From Lama guanicoe (Eukaryota): 64,000 nucleotides of DNA. The position numbers and the translations under genes were made by a program. Of the stretch, positions 62,191 to 64,000 are shown in pieces (position 1 is the first letter of the stretch; each line of letters opens with the position of its first letter). The notes under the pieces are model-generated. The model had not been told where the DNA came from and did not search any database. It saw only the letters and a list, made by a program, of their open reading frames with translations. The stretch is taken from contig MU053493.1 in the NCBI GenBank assembly GCA_013239625.1, positions 319,793 to 383,792 on the forward strand, written 5' to 3'.

Positions 62191-62610
62191 TGAAAGGGCA
62201 AACCCCACAAAGAGACCAGCAAGACCTCCCAGGCAGGGCCTTTGCCTTCCACATTTTTGCTTCTGTAAAACAGCTTGCTTCTAGGAAAATTAAATTTACA
62301 CCTAAAATTCCATTGGGTCCCAAAAGCTCAGTCATGATTGGCCTATTTCTAACACCACATTTGCATTTACCCCTAATATTCCATTGGTTCCCATTAGCTA
62401 ATTCCTGATTGGTCCATTTCTAACGCCTCATTAGCATAAGGTGTGAACTTAATCTAAACCTAAAACCTAATAAAAAGCCTGTGTAAACCTACAGACGTGG
62501 TCCAGAGCTTGCAGTGTTAATTCCTCTGGGCCCACTGGCATAATAAACCTGAATTCTCCAACACTCCAATTATCACTTGGTCTCTTGATGGGATTCAAGT
62601 TTCTGTAACA
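62191..62610 (+). repeat. 3' LTR of Thr-PBS provirus (420 bp)
   Basis: Homologous to the 5' LTR, with an extra ~70-bp U3 unit. Confidence 0.95.
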
Positions 62611-62625
62611 CTGCAGAATGATAGA

Positions 62626-64000
62626 TAGAAGGACACCAAGCTTTGGGCCTGGAGTGGAAACAAGCCATTTGTGCTATACCTCAGCCAGGCACAAAGAAAG
62701 AGGTCCAAGAATTCCTGGGGGAAGCAGGGTTCTCCCAAATCTGGATCACTGGTTTCTCAAACATAGCCAAGCCCCTGTATGAAGCCACCATGGGATCTGG
62801 GAAGGAACCCTTGGACTGGAGACCCAAGCAGGAGGGAGCTTTCAATGAGATCAAAGGACTGCTGATGTGTGCTCCTGCCCTGGGAGTATCAGATGTGACA
62901 AGAGAATTCAACTTGTTCATCCACTAAAAGAACTATACAGCCCTAGGAGTCCTCATCCAAGCAGTAGGGCCATGGCAGCGGCCCATGGCCTCTTTTTCAA
63001 AACACCTGGGCTGGTGGCATCAGGCTCATAGGCCACCATGCCTATGAGCATTGGCTGCGACAGTAACCCTGGTCAAGGAGGTAGGAAACTCATAACTTCA
63101 TAAGCAAATACAGGGCCTCAGAAAGACCATACAAGAGACCTATAGGTGGGTAACTGACAGGATCTCAGTGTTACTTAGAATGATACTATACCCCTACAAA
63201 ACCAAGGATCAAGTCTAGGTAAAATATTGGACAAAGGAGCCCTTCAAACCAACTTGGAGGGGTCCCTACCCAATTAAGCACCCCCAACATCTCATCTTTC
63301 AAAGTTGCAGGAATCATCCTGTGAATTCATCACAACAGGGTAAAGAGGCCTCGAGATGATGATGTCTGGAAAATCAACCAGGCTCCTGGAGAGCAACTAA
63401 AATTCAGGATCCATGAAGTGCCCACCACATCTGCTGGAGAACAGTGAGCCCTGCTTTAGCCACACCAAGAAGCTGGATAGTCAACTCACGGCAGAAGACT
63501 TAGGAAGTCACAAAGGATGAGATGAGACAGATTAATTGAAATGCACCTTTTAAAAAGATCGCAACTGTGATGACTGGTCATTGCCACCACTTGCTTTTCT
63601 CTCCCATAATAATCCTTGCTTTAACATTCTGCATAGGACTGACTGTAGTAGCTCCTGCTGACTGGCAATACTCCAGGAGACTCCTACTTGCAATTTCATA
63701 CCTTTTTGTGGTAGATGCCTCACAACTATCCTATGGCTGTGACCTGGCCCTCTCCTCAGGCAAAGCAAGGAATGGCCAGAATTGTAACCTTCTGCCTGCT
63801 TTTATGAATAAATCCCCTTTGCATGATGGAAGGTCAACCATCCATGTAGCCAGGTGGTAACTGATATGGCAGGGATTGCCAAGCAGAGGGAATACTGGGC
63901 TTGCCTAAGAAAGGACACAAAATATGATATGCCTACAGTTCCCCTCCTGACATATTAGGCCTCTCTGGAGGACCTAATGATGCTAACACTGTCTATAAGT
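62626..64000 (+). repeat. Near-identical duplicate of provirus segments 58811-59266 joined to 60671-61596 (runs off the window)
   Basis: Constant offsets of 3815 and 2404. About 6 substitutions seen in 1.37 kb. Identical ORF peptides (61163-61456 vs 63567-63860). Confidence 0.97.

Larger units (their letters stand above)
54530..62610 (+). mobile_element. Gamma-like (HERV-E/ERV3/HERV-I-type gag) provirus with tRNA-Thr PBS; defective
   Basis: LTRs TGAAAG...TGTAACA (54530-54877, 62191-62610). TSD GTGC/CTGC. PBS 54882-54899, PPT AAAAAGGGGGAA 62179-62190. gag, pro-pol and env remnants in order. Confidence 0.96.

Overview
This is mammalian genomic DNA made almost entirely of decayed, nested retroelements. 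A Vic-1-type tRNA-derived SINE points to a camelid (camel/alpaca/llama). I find no intact protein-coding gene. Main contents: (1) four long copies of one L1 family (1-4196 minus, 11734-18043 plus, 21945-28885 plus, 35688-43216 minus), all with broken ORF1/ORF2; (2) several older L1 pieces; (3) two class I (gamma-like) proviruses with both LTRs and 4-bp TSDs, 5044-10251 with a tRNA-His PBS and 54530-62610 with a tRNA-Thr PBS; (4) old MER67/MER4-group-like and ERVL-like internal sequences acting as insertion scaffolds; (5) a full-length TUBA1A processed pseudogene (~19786-21428), a MER2 element, microsatellites and a 306-N gap. The most unusual structures are a tandemly duplicated RT core in the His-PBS provirus, two composite or internally deleted L1 insertions each bounded by its own TSD, an L1-tail plus TUBA1A unit inside one TSD, and a near-identical duplication of the Thr-PBS provirus whose microhomology deletion junction also appears inside env (possibly an assembly artefact). 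I do not see convincing evidence for a new functional system. Repeat family names come from recalled consensus sequences and need RepeatMasker/Dfam confirmation.
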